DNA of 64,000 bases from Bugula neritina (lineage: Eukaryota; Animalia; Bryozoa). The DNA lies in NCBI GenBank assembly GCA_964035545.1, contig OZ037768.1:3628741-3692740 (forward strand), read 5' to 3'. Both the position numbers and the translations under genes were made by a program. The notes beneath the pieces are model-generated. The model was given only the letters and a program-made list of their open reading frames with translations, was not told where the DNA came from and did no database searches. Shown one piece after another: positions 48,770 to 62,462 of this stretch (its first letter is position 1; every line of letters starts with the position of its first letter).

Positions 48770-49190
48770 ATTATGTTATTATGCAAATTGCAATATATGG
48801 ATATACTTCAGTATTCAGACCATAGTCAAAAATGAGACCGTGAGTGAGTATTGCTGCTTGCACTTTGACTTTCACTTTACTGTTTACATTTGGTGTAACA
48901 TTAACACTTCCAGTTACACAGTTAGTGCTACTGTTACTGTTAGTGTGACTTAGTATTGCACTAACTCTATGATTAACACTCACAGTAACAGTAGTGAGTA
49001 GTGGTACTGAGTAACTAGATTCCGGTTAGCCATTACATAATGATTATATACATAATATACTAATAGTAATACTAATACTATTAATGACAATATATACTTA
49101 AAGTTAAACTGTTTAAGTTTATAAATAGATACAATAATAGGTATAACCATAATGAAAATGTAAATTAATTATTAAATAAAACTCATGTCT
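48770..49190. repeat. Drifting period-6 tract (GRAMD2-like 5' region)
   Basis: ttgcac tttgac tttcac ... tgtaac attaac acttcc agttac ... attaac actcac agtaac agtagt. Confidence 0.78.
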
Positions 49191-49257
49191 CTGTTTTAAA
49201 GTATTCACTCTGTGAATAAAAATGTTTCGAGAACTTATGCTTCGGCAGTACAGGAAC

Positions 49258-49335
49258 AATTATGATCGGACTCGAAACCTTGACCTGTGTCCTACTAGGT
49301 TACAACACTTTAACTACTAGGGCATGGCTACTTTT
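49258..49335 (-). mobile_element. tRNA-derived SINE head (degenerate)
   Basis: Minus strand reads TAGCCATGCCCTAGTAGTTAAAGTGTTG...GGTCAAGGTTTCGAGTCC, with A-box- and B-box-like motifs at tRNA spacing but no intact cloverleaf. Confidence 0.5.
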
Positions 49336-49408
49336 TGCTAAATTGGTAAATTTTATAAAAAGTCATGTTTATAAAATTTACCACCAAGCTACTGCAGTTA
49401 TGTATTTA

Positions 49409-49685
49409 AGTGTCTGGTAAAATGGCACAGGTGAAAATGGCATGGTGAAAATGGCACAGGTAATGGCATAGGTAATAATGGCACAAATGGCAAAGTAGGT
49501 AAAAATGGCACATTTTCAATATTAGGGTTTGGAGTGATGGTTGGGAGTTTAGAATGGGGGGTTTAGGATTCGGGATGGGGGTTTGGGAAAATTTAACATC
49601 AGTGCATGTGCCGATTTTACCTACTTTTCCATTTGTGCCATTATTACCTGTGCCTTTATTACCTGTGCCATTTTTACCTAAAATC
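49409..49685. mobile_element. Mutator-type MITE / foldback element with 9-bp TSD
   Basis: Long inverted arms made of ~15-bp GGTAA(A/T)AATGGCACA units (49416-49512 vs 49607-49680). Identical ATGTATTTA flanks at 49400-49408 and 49686-49694. The extreme termini match imperfectly. Confidence 0.8.
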
Positions 49686-51172
49686 ATGTATTTAGAAATA
49701 GTTACGGTGCTTTAAGGCAGACTTTATTTTAACCCAACATATTATTTACTACCCTTATGTTTTTTACCACAAACTTTCAGTAGAGTGTATATGTTGCTTG
49801 AACTAATAATATATTTTTAATGATTATTACTATTCAGTACTGTAATTAGGTAACATGGTTGTAATTTAGTAAATTAAGCCTATAATGTAGAGTCTTGGAG
49901 CCTCTAACTGTATTTTTGTCATAATTAAATAATTTAAACTGATACACTTGTTGCATAGTGGCCAATATCCAAATTACCAACCAAAATCTCACATGTCATG
50001 GAATAAAAGTTGTGTTACTGTGAATATTTTCAATTTTTCAACCTTTCAACATTTACTTATTCATTTAATGCTTAGTATGGCCATCAGACAATTTAGAATT
50101 ACTAGATTTTTTTGTATTGCGTTAAAGGGTATAAGAGTACCAGCTGGTGCATTGCTGAGTAGTTCTTGTAACCATAGGCCTACTATGTTATAGAGTTGTA
50201 TGTTATGCTATAGTGTTTTATGTCGTATACCATTATATTGTGCCGCATATGTTCACTGACAAGACATGTAAAATCAAGCTGTTACTTTCATTTACAGTAG
50301 TTCTTATGATGATCTCACCGAGTGTTTCCTTAGTCCTACCATCAGATTTTACTTACGCTAACTTATTAGAACAGTGTTTATTATTCATTCAAAATATTTG
50401 GTTAAACCATCCCTTCAGTAGCTGTTATCAAATAAGTGTATGGTGTAGTAATCATGCTTAATATATGTTTATTCAGCAAATTATTTGATTTAATTTGAAA
50501 CATATTTGCTTATTTACATTGTAATCTGCCTTACCTATAACTATTTTAAACAATACCTTCTTTTTAATAATTGGAAGGTTTTGTTAAATTATGTTCAAGT
50601 AAATACTTGAACATAATTTAACAAGTGGTTTTGTTTATAATTTCCAAGATTCACACCTTTATATAATGACAACTTAGTAGCATACCAAATGCTCACAATA
50701 AAATTGCATTTTTAAATATATTAGAGTTGAATAAATAAAAAAGTAAAAGCTTGTAATTCTGGTAAAGATGCTGTTGATAATCTTTCGAAAATATTTCAAC
50801 ATACCTATACTTTTCATGCTCGGAACTTTTATATAGAATAATGAGTAGGTTAATTTATAGCATATTACAAATTCTTGCCTCTGTGTGAACTCAATGATGC
50901 TGTGGTGGATGCTTCCCTATGCCTGCTGGTAGCCATGATTATCACGAGCCTGACATTTACGTTTACCCACTATTTTTATGCGACATGTTTGGCAAAACAA
51001 CTTGTAAGGGAAGCCAACATACCGCTTGTACTAAGCTCCTGTTGAGTTGATATTTTCGTAGTAATGCTCGTTGACTATATAACAGAGTAAGTGCTTTCAG
51101 TTTCAGTCAGCCTAGAGCTACCAGTTCACATGCTTCTCTGTGAGATTTGTATCCTTATTTAAGAAAGAAAAG

Positions 51173-54100
51173 ATGAGTGCCGTTTCCTTACTCAGAAAAC
51201 CACGAAAGGCCAAGAAGAGTAAAAGTTTAAATGATCTCAGGTGAAGTCAATACACATCTCTGCGTTAAATTTATTTATATAGACAAGATATACTAGATTA
51301 TCACTTGTATATGTGAATTGTTGTGAATGCATCTGCATAAATGAATATTTCTCTTTTCAACCTAATAAGTCATGCTAGAGTTTTACTGTATAAATGCTAC
51401 ATTGTGTAAATACTATAATATACATGTATATGCTGTGCTGTGTAAAGACTATATATTTTGAAAGTTCTTTGTCCTACTGCAAACCACCAACTAATTTCTG
51501 CATTAATTTCATTTTCTCATTTAAGGCACTAGCATATAAGACGAGAATTATTATAATAACTAACTGATAATACATTGAACCAATATGAATTAGGGAATAC
51601 TTGAGGAGTTTTGAAATAATAGGAAGGTGTTGTAAAAGCAGGAAATTGTCTTTAGTATCCTAAGTTGGCACAGTTTTGTATTAGTTGGCTATTTTTAAAT
51701 GAGTTATATTTACTCTGTGATAATGAAGGCTGTAAATTTTAATCTTTGCATGTGGGAGGACGATACCAAACAGGTGACAATTTTCTCGCACGTCTGGACC
51801 TTAAAACTTTAGGCACAGTTATATAATATGCAATCTTTACTAAGAAATAGTAGCAGCTGCATGTAAAGCTACCATTACTCAAAAGCTTTAATTAACTCAG
51901 CACCTTATCAGCGTGTATGCAATAAACTTCTTTCATATCTAATGTTTGTGTAATTTTCAGTTCAAATAAAATAGGAGTTGCACTAAGTGATAGTCAAAAG
52001 TCTATCCTACAGGTCGCTTCTAACAACAAGAAAAGAAGTTTTCCTTCAATGTGAGTAGCTTACATTATACATAGAAGAAATATTTCTACACATGTATGCA
52101 TACTAGTTTCCTAGTTTTACTAATCCAATGCTTCCTTGCATTTCAACAATTACGTAATTAACCAGCAGCTTGACTTCTACTGCATAATTAATCTAGAGTA
52201 GAGGTTGCACAATTTTCTATTTCTTCCCTTCTTTTTAATACATTTCATGGTTTCTTTGTGTGGTTTGTACTTCTACTCTAATACTGCACACTGTGTGTAT
52301 CTCTGCCGTCTAACGGAGCTTAGTAAACTTTAGTCCACAGATGAAAAGAGATGGGAGAAAGTTGGTGCCCAATCGGTGCAGCGATAACAATCTAGTATAT
52401 ATGTTCAAAACAGACAGGTGTGTTTAGAGTTGTCTTTCTTCTCTGAATTCTCTCCTCCAGAACGACTGTAGACTGTACAGATGGTATAGGAATTGCTAAT
52501 TCCTATACCATTAATACATTTTATATAGAGTTTCAAGAAACTACATTTTTGAAATTTACAACATGTATTTGCTTATTGTAAACTTTATACCTGCACTTTC
52601 ATATCAATTAGAACGTTATAATGCTGTATTATTACTGCTATTGATCATCATTGCATTGTATTGAATTATTATAATTATCAATGTGATAAGTAGTATAATT
52701 GGCTCTATTGTATTGAAACCTTTTTGGAGTTACCTCCCATTATAAAGTTTCTTTAAGGGATAATAGCATTAGTACCTGGAAATATTTACATACTAGAACT
52801 GGTTGCTCTTGTGAAGGTGTACAGAACAAATAGCATGTATGAAACAATCAATTTAGTGTTCTGAAGGAGAAAATTCAACTGTTTACCTTTGTTTGTTTGT
52901 TTGTTTGTCTGTCTGCATGTGGCCAAGCATGATCTCTAAACCCTCTTCTAAATAGCCACCAAGTTTTACAGAAAAACATAGGATACTGTTGGAGTTACTC
53001 TCCTTTTTTTATTTTATCAATGAAGTAAATATAACCAAATAACATTGTTTATTTGTTACCAACTTGATGGTAACAGATTCACATTAATTTTATTATAATA
53101 TGCAATAATATCGTAATAATTATCGATTTGTTTATGGAAGGTGGAAAACACGTTGCTACTTACGCTATAGGCTATGTCAATACTGCTAGGTTGTATGCTG
53201 TCAGCCCTGTGAAAGTAGTATTGATTTTAGTTGCTTGCAGTCAGTGCAATGATTTACTAAAGTCACTGTGTAAACCTAGAATGAAGATATTATTAGAGCT
53301 GTGTGTTGTGATAGGAAAAGACTTGATATGATTAGCCTAACTATTACTGCAGTGGGTGTACAAAAGTTGTTTTCCTTGTTGTCTTGAAGCATCACAACCT
53401 TGAACTTGTATAATCTTCTCAAGCATGAATTGTTGCTGCTAAAAGCTGTAAGTATTGTCAATGACGAGTAACTCTGGGGTACATAGGATGTTAGCCGGAC
53501 CTATCGCAGGCAGCAGCTTTGACTCTGGTTCGGCAGGAAATGCTCTGGGCACGAGCCGTGGTGGAATGCAGAGTCTATCTGGAGGTCTAAGGAAGAGCCA
53601 GAGCTATGCTGAGACGCTGGCTGAGCAGGTAACCAGAAATCTTACTGTTCACTGCTGAATGTAGAATGTCAAATTTTGCTTAGTTCAAGTTTCTAACTTT
53701 TAATTAGAGGTAAAAATGTTTCATATCACGGACAGAGGCTATTTGGGAAACTTCCATTAGCCTGTACTAACCTCACTGTTAGCAGTGCATTCAGTATATA
53801 ATATGTGACTCAATACTGCACACTTCCTATAAATGATGAAATATAGTGGTAGTAGCAACTTATTAACTGCAGTACTTTCTACCAGTATATTCCATCTGCC
53901 TTCCTTGTGTGTTTATCGCTTCAGACTTCAGGCAGGTGTAAAAGCGCATGTGAAATTTTTGCAAAAAAGCAGTTTTCATTAAAAATATCAGTTTACTTTC
54001 TCTCTCTTTATAAGATAATACATAGTAGCTGTGGATATTCTCTACAATAGCTGTGGGTACTCTCTACAATAACTGTGGGTATTCTCTACAATAACTGTGG

Positions 54101-57100
54101 GTACTCTCTATTGCTATTAGACCAGGTGACATGGTACATTATATCACTGGGTTGCCAAGAGGCACATGTTCTGTGTGTCACTTGGATTTCTTTCCCCATG
54201 GTTTTCTGTCACAAACTTGAGTTTAGTGATTGCCCTGCTATTTCCTTTAGCTGCCTCCTTCAAATATTATGTAAGAGTAGTTAGAACTAGCTGTCCAAGT
54301 AGTATTAGTAATTGATGAGGACAAGCACTTCATCGCTTGCTCATATAATGTACAGTTTGTTGTTTTCCTTCTGAATGAGGTAGGACTCCTCTCTATAGTA
54401 GCAAGTAGTGCCCCGTTCAATGCACTACAACTAATAGTTATAGACGTTCACATTTACTATCTAGCCAGGAACTCGTCTTGTAGCTATGGTGCAGACGAGG
54501 CACTGTGGTGTCTTCTATGCTGATTAAAATATGTTTTTGGTTTAGACATACTTATCTGTCGAATAAAATCTTTGCATTTTTGAATTATTCTAGATTAATA
54601 ATTGCAAACCTCATATTAGAAGATATTACAAGAAAAAATATTATGATTTATGCGTACAAGTAAACTGTAATAATAGCAATAGTTTCATCAAGTCCACTAG
54701 CTAATACTACAATCAATATATTTTTATTCAATGATCCAAGAACAATATTGCAATTAGGTATAGACAGCAAATTTGGTAATGGCACTTTTAGTTAATGTGT
54801 TTAGTATTAATTTAAGCACACCAACTATATTACAAAAACGAAATTTTTATTTGAATAATATTTTCTAATATATTGCTATAACGCTAAATAAATTATACAG
54901 CATAAGCATAATCTTGTTTAAATATTATTTAGAAAACTGGTGGTGATATTTAAATGTTATCTAGGGCGTAAATACTGCCACTGATTGTATAAATGTCAAT
55001 TTGAGCAGACAAGCTCCTTGCTGCGAGTTGCCCTGGTTTAAATGCAGAATAATATGTTATGCAGTATAACTTTCAGCAATGTCAACTGCATTATTCCTGG
55101 TTTCTTTAGCCTGCAATAGCCCACCGGCCAATCTACATTTTAACCTTTCCGTGTTTGCATACACCTCGTCTAGATATCAATAATTAGCATTGAGTAACCT
55201 CTATCAAAGACACGGCAATTAATGATTATCAATTATACTTAATAATTAAGTATTGAGAAAATAGTAAGAAAAGTAATCATTGTTTTGCTTCAACCTGTAA
55301 ACATAAAAGTTCCGTTTATTTGTACATTCATTGGTTCAAATTGAAAAATAAATTTACTTTTTAATTATTTATAATCATTAGACTGGGTACAGCACCGGTT
55401 TATTGATATATCTCAACCTCAAGAGGACTGGAAACATTAAACAAACAAACCTCTGGTAGTCTTACTAACAAGTATTCTAGTCTGAATAATATAAAGAAAA
55501 GTTTGCTGAACAAAGCTAAAAGGAGCGCTCACTAGTTTGTCATAGTTCATGATTTCATTATTTTTGCCACCGCAGCACTTTTTCTCATCTGAACATTAAC
55601 AGCAGAAGAGTTGCGTTAAACCTTATTTCAATTAAGTTTAATTAGAGCCTTTGGTTGAGATGATGAGTAGACCTTAAACCAATTTGTTCTCATTTAACAA
55701 AATTATTTGAATGTTGTCCATCTGAATGAGACGTAAAACAGCAGAATTTCTAGGTTATCAGTATTTTACTGAGACAATAAATGCAATGTCTAATTCAACG
55801 GAAAGCGGTATGAAATCAGATAGTATTATACTAGTTGCTAAAAAGCTCTAAGGGGCACTTAACCAGATTAATATGTCACTGTCCATCGATTGACATATAG
55901 AGGAATATAAAGCATAATATATCTTATTGATGTTGAGGTCTAATATACAATATTAATATATAATATTATGAAGTAAAATGATATCTTCCAGTGGAAAACT
56001 AATTCATGCATCTATTCATTATAATATACAAGAGCATATAAACTCTCCACGAAATGAATAAATATGAATAAATTGCATTTTTGCAATCTGACCTATTAGA
56101 TCTCCATTGCTTTTAGCAGCAGTTAATAGCTCAAATCAATATCTAAACGCTGTATCCATTACATGAGCAATTATCATTGAACAGCCTTGAACCCTGTCCA
56201 GTGCTATAATAGTCGACAATGTCATATGAGTGACCTTTTAAACTGGCTGAATACAGTAGTTGCGTAAGTCCTGTCTTCAGCTCTGTATGCTGAAATCATA
56301 TCACTATCCTATCTTAAATTTGTCTACCCGTAGAAAATAGAAGAACGGCAGCCAAAGAAGAAGTTCTTAAAGAGGTTTGAAAAGATATTTTGGCCACTAG
56401 TGGGAGAAGAAAGGCTCTTCAACTGTGAGTAAAATTGTATTTTATATTAATATAAAATAAGTATATTGTGCATATTATTCACAATATATAGTAGCTAGTG
56501 CTAAGGAATATACTATGAGTACAAAGTACATATAATATCAATCTAGCCAAATACTGGAATTTTTTTCCAATATCATTTACATGTTATTGAACTTTAATTA
56601 TAAAGTAATAAATTATTATAAATAATAGAATGTCTTTAAATACACTTAATTGTTGTAAAACAATAATTGCTTTTTGATAAGAGTATATACTTAGAGATGT
56701 ACATAACAACTTTATATCCACATAATGTTTACAAGGTACATAATTGCTATATCTCTGTAGTACGTATTCTAATGAGTGTAGCCTAGCAAAGAGTAAATAG
56801 TCATGTGTATTGGTAGGTTATTCCTGCGCCTTGTATCAAGACAGCATCGCTTCGGGTCACCTTTATTTGACCTTCAACTGGTTCTGCTTCTACTCAAACT
56901 TTATTGGTCGACAAAGGCAAGTGAGTATTACACAGCATTATTATGTATTACTCTGTAAAATAGTTGAGACTCGGGAAGTATATTTCGTATGCAGGTGAGT
57001 ATTCTTACATTTCTAGAAGTATTTTTACCTGCAGCGAGTTTGAGCAACTCACAAAGCAGCCTTGTGTTGTCAGAGTTTCTCTTTCTGGTGATTTTCTGTT

Positions 57101-60100
57101 CAGAGAAAATGATGTGTGTATTTACTATAGGATTTTATATGCTGAACAATATTATATTGAAAACTGGTGATCTGCTGTAAATCCAACTATTTAAACTTTA
57201 AGCTATAAAATTGCATATGTTTGTTTGAAACCAAATTACCTTTTTACACATTTTCAAATAACCGGAAGCTGTCATCAACGTAACAAATGGTAAATTGTAT
57301 GAAGGCTCTAAATTCCCAAACACCTAGTAGTTTGAGGGTAAAATTTGGTTAATAAAACAAACATTTCAACTCATCTGAGTTGATGTTTTTACTGCAAGCA
57401 ATACTGAGATTACAATGTCCATAAATACCTGTGAAAATGAAATAAAGACGTGAGATAAGAAGAAGCAGCTACAAATATTATAGTGCGTGTGTACTCAATA
57501 CCCTGTCATTCATACCATTGCTGCAGGTAGCCATTGATGTCAGCCGAATACAAAACATCACCCAAGAAAAGACAGCCAAAATCATTCCAAATGCAATTAA
57601 AATATCTACAGATTCCGACACTGTAAGCTTGCTTTGATAACTTTTAATTCCAGTATTTTATTTTCCACGCTAAATTTAAAGTTAAAGTGTGGCTATCATT
57701 AGCAGGGTTACCGCAGGTCATTAATGGTTAGCTGTAATAATTCAAAGATAATAACGTAATATATTGCATTAAATGAGAAAAATGGAATCAATAAAGCTTG
57801 GCAAAGTTGATTAGATTTCTTGTATCGGAGATCAATGTTTGGTAAGGAGCATGGAGCTAGTAGTTACTTGCAACGCTAATGAGATATTCTATGCATATAC
57901 ATTTCTTTATTTAATATAAGTTTCTGCATGTCAACATGTATGCTGTCAAATGATTTTCCTGCACAAACTGCAGCTACTTTGAATGCTTAATATACATCTT
58001 TATATTCCAATATTATTGGTTATCATAATTAAGTAGAAAAATAAAAAAAAACATTTCGAAACCCAGAAAGTTATGGTATTCCTTTTTTGTAGTATGTATT
58101 CAGCTCATTTATTTCAAGAGATAAAGCTTATAAGACGCTAGTTGGAGTATGGAGAAAGTCTGAGGAGGTATAAGTTACATGTTATATAATAAGTGTTACA
58201 TCAGTCTATTATTTTCTAGCTTTAGTCAACTAGAGTGTTACTTTAGTTTTATATAGTTACTTAATGTTTCAGATGAAAAATATACTCATTAACTTATATA
58301 TGATAAGCATTTGTTTTGTAGTTAATTTATTAATTTTTAAAATACATTTTCCATGTCTTGGTATTAGTTTTTAAATTGATTTTATTGTGACACTGATGCA
58401 CGGTTTTGGTACAATATACTATAAACATATACATAATGTATAGCACAGTGAAGCATATGAGATATGCATTGCATGGCACATGCTAGAGGGTTCAACAATC
58501 AGTAAATTATATGTAGTATTATGCAACTTAACAAGTTATGTTGGACCATCTTCTCTTCAGTTTATGCAAGCTGCAGTACAATAGTGTTATAATAGTAGTA
58601 TAATGTTAGAATAGTAGTATCATATTGGAATAGTGGCTTTAAATAATAAGCATCTTTCTAATACTTTAGGTTGCAACACTGTCTTGTGAAGAGTCGGACT
58701 TGAGTGATGTTGACTCAATGACTCAGATTGTAAGTTTTCTATAATTCTTCTCAAGTTTAGGCACGTCTTGCCTGGTTATTGTAGTTCTTGAATTGGATAC
58801 TTTGAGTAAATGTAATCAATTCTATGCTTTTAGAGTTTAGACTATTGATTGCAGAAAATATTATTATGTTGAATATTATAACAAAAGATGTTATGCCCGT
58901 TCACACTACGGCCAAAAATAACCCTTAGTAGAACAATAGCTTTTAGTAGCACAAGTAACACGATTCAGCCAATCAACACGCAGACAACAACCAATGAAAT
59001 TGCTAACCACCAAATTCAAGTTTTTGTCGTCAACATGTTGTATACTAAAAACAGAATATGTCAGTTTAAAGTTAGATAACTTCTATATAACACATGAACA
59101 CACCACATGAACACACCGGCACTCAGTAGCCACTTTATAGTGTGAACAGGGCATTCTATTGGCAACACAGATCTTATTGATCTGTTAGAGCAATGACTTC
59201 TAAGTCTCAAATTCTGTTAAAAATTTACTGCTTCATCATTAAAACATAGAGGTCATTGTAATTTGTACATATACAGCAGGTAAAATTTTATTCTTTGCAT
59301 GCAGGTAGCTATGCCTGGATATTCAGATGCTAGTTGTCCAGCTAGACCAAGATCAGAATCTGATTCCATGTCTGAAGTAAGTGACTCGGGGTTTAACGGG
59401 GAACATGACGAGCGCCAACAGGTGGAGATAACTGCTGATGTTATTGAATTTACAGCTCCCTCTTCATCTACCAATGACATCTCTACCGCCAATGCTTCTA
59501 CTAGCAAAGACACCTCTGCAGAGGTTGAAGTACCTTTAGCTGAAAAACATTTAACTAAAAGTTTACAGTGCAATAGTGAACCTATACTGTGGAAGGGAGG
59601 TGAGAGAAGTCATAATAATAATAATTTTAGGTTTGGTGTCTATATACGGTGAAGAGTTTGATCTATATAGTGTGTTTCTTTTTAATATCTGTTGAATAAG
59701 GGTGCACAACTCCTAGAAATGAAACAAAACTTCCAAGATATGAGTTGTAAAAAGAATTTATGTTGACACTTGATACTCTATGTTTTAGGTATTACTTGCT
59801 ATGTGCATGAATACTTGGAAATAAACCAATATATAAGTCTAAGGTTTGTAATGGAGTTATATATATTCAATTTGTAGTTGAAAGGTTCACCAATTTTCCT
59901 AAAAGTATATTAAAATGGTGCAGTTTTCAAGTATCAGATGGTTCAGAGTCATTGTTAGTCATGCTGATGGTGTGGTAAGTTTTTTAAACATGTATGACTT
60001 CATAGGTCTTCACGTGATCGCATAAGATATTAGTACAGGACTTGTTATGGCTTTCAATTCTTTATAAATTAGGAATTAAATGAAAACCAAATAAAAAAAA

Positions 60101-60738
60101 ACTTTTAATTTCGGTAGTGCAACACAAAAATCTAATAAGATGCTCAAGATTTTACCCAATCACATATCCACAAAATGCCTTTTTGTCCAATAGGAATGCT
60201 CAAAGAGTATACCAACACCAAAATGGAAGATAGAGCCGTAGAGGGAATGTTTACTATCAGACATTTGGGTTCCGATAATATTTTTATACAGGATGTTGCA
60301 TCTTCATGTGACTCTTTAAAAGTTGAAAATATGCATTTTGAACCAAAAGTTGAAAGTTTTATTTATTTTGTTTTAACGTCTCATTAAAAAACTGTTAGGA
60401 CAAACTAAAATTATGCTATAAAATATTTATTATATTTAGTGCACATATTGTATAATATAACACTATTAATTGTCAAATATTCATCTTTCAGCACTGGTTT
60501 GATAGCAGCTATGAGCATATATCTGGGTATTAGACTCTGCTTATTTGAGAATGAGCAGTTAACATATTCAATAAAAAGACAACTCCAAATACATGAGACA
60601 AATCTGCACCTGCAAGTTGAGGCCACCATAGAACAAAATCATAGACTTATATCACAGCTATCAAATATGCTCTCAATGCTAGAGAAAGTGGTGGCAAAGG
60701 CTGGCTGCTTGTGTTCCCAACAAAACTCTTTGCAATAG
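51173..60738 (+). CDS. GRAM domain protein of the GRAMD2 type (GRAM + single C-terminal TM + coiled coil, no VASt/ASTER domain)
   Basis: Exons: 51173-51240, 51961-52050, 52334-52417, 53487-53628, 56334-56424, 56817-56920 (YSCALYQDSIASGHLYLTFNWFCFYSNFIG), 57527-57622 (EKTAKIIPNAIKIST), 58093-58167 (YVFSSFISRDKAYKTL), 58670-58729, 59305-59599, 59878-59974, 60492-60738. TM segment LLVMLMVCTGLIAAMSIYLGI spans the last junction. The GRAM exons are secure; the N-terminal exons are supported only by phase consistency. Confidence 0.82.
54025..54110. repeat. Minisatellite, 22-bp unit x~3.5
   Basis: ta(g/a)ctgtgggta(t/c)tctctacaa. Confidence 0.85.
58893..59154. mobile_element. MITE with ~16-bp terminal inverted repeats (PIF/Harbinger-like)
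   Basis: ATGCCCGTTCACACTA ... TAGTGTGAACAGGGCAT (one indel). The superfamily is inferred from TIR style; the TSD is not clean. Confidence 0.6.
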
Positions 60739-62328
60739 TTACCTTCTCACCTAGAGTCTCGCACAAATAGCTGTGTATTATTTTTAGTTACTGAATTATT
60801 AAATATACCAATGATCTCTTTTAGTTTATTGTCTTTTAATTTCTACAGCATACTTCAGTTTTGTGCAGTTTTATGTGAAATCACTTTTATTAACTTTTAA
60901 GTAGTAAAAATTTTGAGAATTTCTATACCTGTAATTTCTTTATGAGGTGAATTTCTACACATTACACTGCTGCAGTAAATCACAGACAATCATGCTAATA
61001 TGCTGACCTAAAAATGCAATATGTGATTTTTTGCAATTTATTTTTGAACTATTTATGCGCCAACTAAGTGCAAAATGTATATGGTATTATTTTGTGACAG
61101 TTATCATGCAATAGATTGTTTGAATTTTGTATATATGATGCAATTATTTTATTATTGTTGTTATGAAGCCATGCGTAAGTTATAGAATATGTTTTTGCTG
61201 GTGCTCGTTATTAAATGTATTTTTATAGGCTCTAATAAATAATAACATAAAGAATTACATACTTTTCTCAAAATTGTAAAAACAATAATTATATTTAGTA
61301 TTAGATGTATGGATTTCCAAGTTGAACACTCCAAACATTTTTTTTCATCTACATGACTATTGAATTAAACTCACTGTGATTGTTGCAAATAAAATGTATG
61401 TTGTATCACCACAGGCCTAAATCAAGCTTACATCGAGGCATGCAGAGAGTTATAAATGCTGTTTATTGACAAAATTATGTAAATAAATTATTACAGTTGG
61501 TATAATGTTATGTGTTCTGATTTTCAACTTTTTATGAAGCATGTATTACTGGTACTATGTTATACTATTACTGGAGTACAGGTATATTTTATTAGTTTAT
61601 CACAATTGCTGATCTATAATGAGATATTATTATGGTGAGGGTGCTCTTGCTTTGAATGCAGCTCAAAAATTGTTTGGGGTATTGCATTGTCAGCTGCTTT
61701 AGTATTCAATCATGTTATAACTCTCTGGTGATACCTACTGCAATAGAAATAGATAGGTGGTATAATAAAATTTAGCTATTTAAGTTGATGAGATTCAAAG
61801 TTGTGCTTCTTAGCCCTGCTTCAAATGTTTAAAAAGAATGTTTTCAGTCTATACAAAAAAATTATAAGTACTCACAGTTTATAATTATGCTCAACATCCA
61901 AAATTTCTAAAATTGTATACATTATTATTTGCAAAGTTATTATACAGCAGTAACTTCAACTTGGTTTTCAACAGTTACATGCTCTATGTTACATGCTGAT
62001 GCTCATATGCCCCTGTGATTATGTAAGGGTTAAAACAAAGATTATTTTTGAGAATCATTATTGCTATTAGTTTAAGGTTAGCATGACTGTTATAAAATAG
62101 TTATATTGAAATTCCGTGACCGCGCTGGTTGTATTTTTTAAAGGACGTAACTATATGTACAGGCTACAGGACAGTTTCTTACTTCGTAGTTGAACTTTTG
62201 CGAAAGAAGATAACTCTATAATATTTACCAGCTACGAGTCGGCAATTTTTTGCGCATCACTATCATGTGCCACATTTCCGCAACGCGTTTTGCGAGACCT
62301 GACGGTGTTAGTGATGATGTGGAAGATG

Positions 62329-62336
62329 TGACGTCA
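62329..62336. promoter_or_regulatory. Perfect CRE palindrome TGACGTCA in the CREB3-like promoter
   Basis: Exact match ~130 nt upstream of the ATG in a CpG-rich segment. A UPRE-like GACGTGG lies at 62392-62398. Confidence 0.6.
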
Positions 62337-62462
62337 TTGTTTCTAAAAATAAATTCGTGATCGCTAGTCATAACGACAGGGGAAACACGACGACGTGGAT
62401 CTGTTGAGTTGGTCTTCTCTTTACTTTACTTGTATCTTCCTAATTTCTGCAACCTCGTTGCT

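Noticed and set aside
49258-49335. Functional tRNA gene
   Set aside because: A/B-box-like motifs but no intact acceptor or anticodon stems; treated as a SINE remnant.
49406-49687. 93-aa GNNGT-repeat ORF
   Set aside because: Translation of the MITE's subterminal repeats.
60175-60387. 70-aa ORF as a GRAMD2 exon
   Set aside because: No convincing phase-2 donor. Exon 59878-59974 fits both phases and completes the TM helix. An alternative terminal exon cannot be fully excluded.
62409-62462. N-terminal extension of the CREB3-like ORF
   Set aside because: Starts at TTG; the first ATG at 62463 gives the family-like N-terminus.
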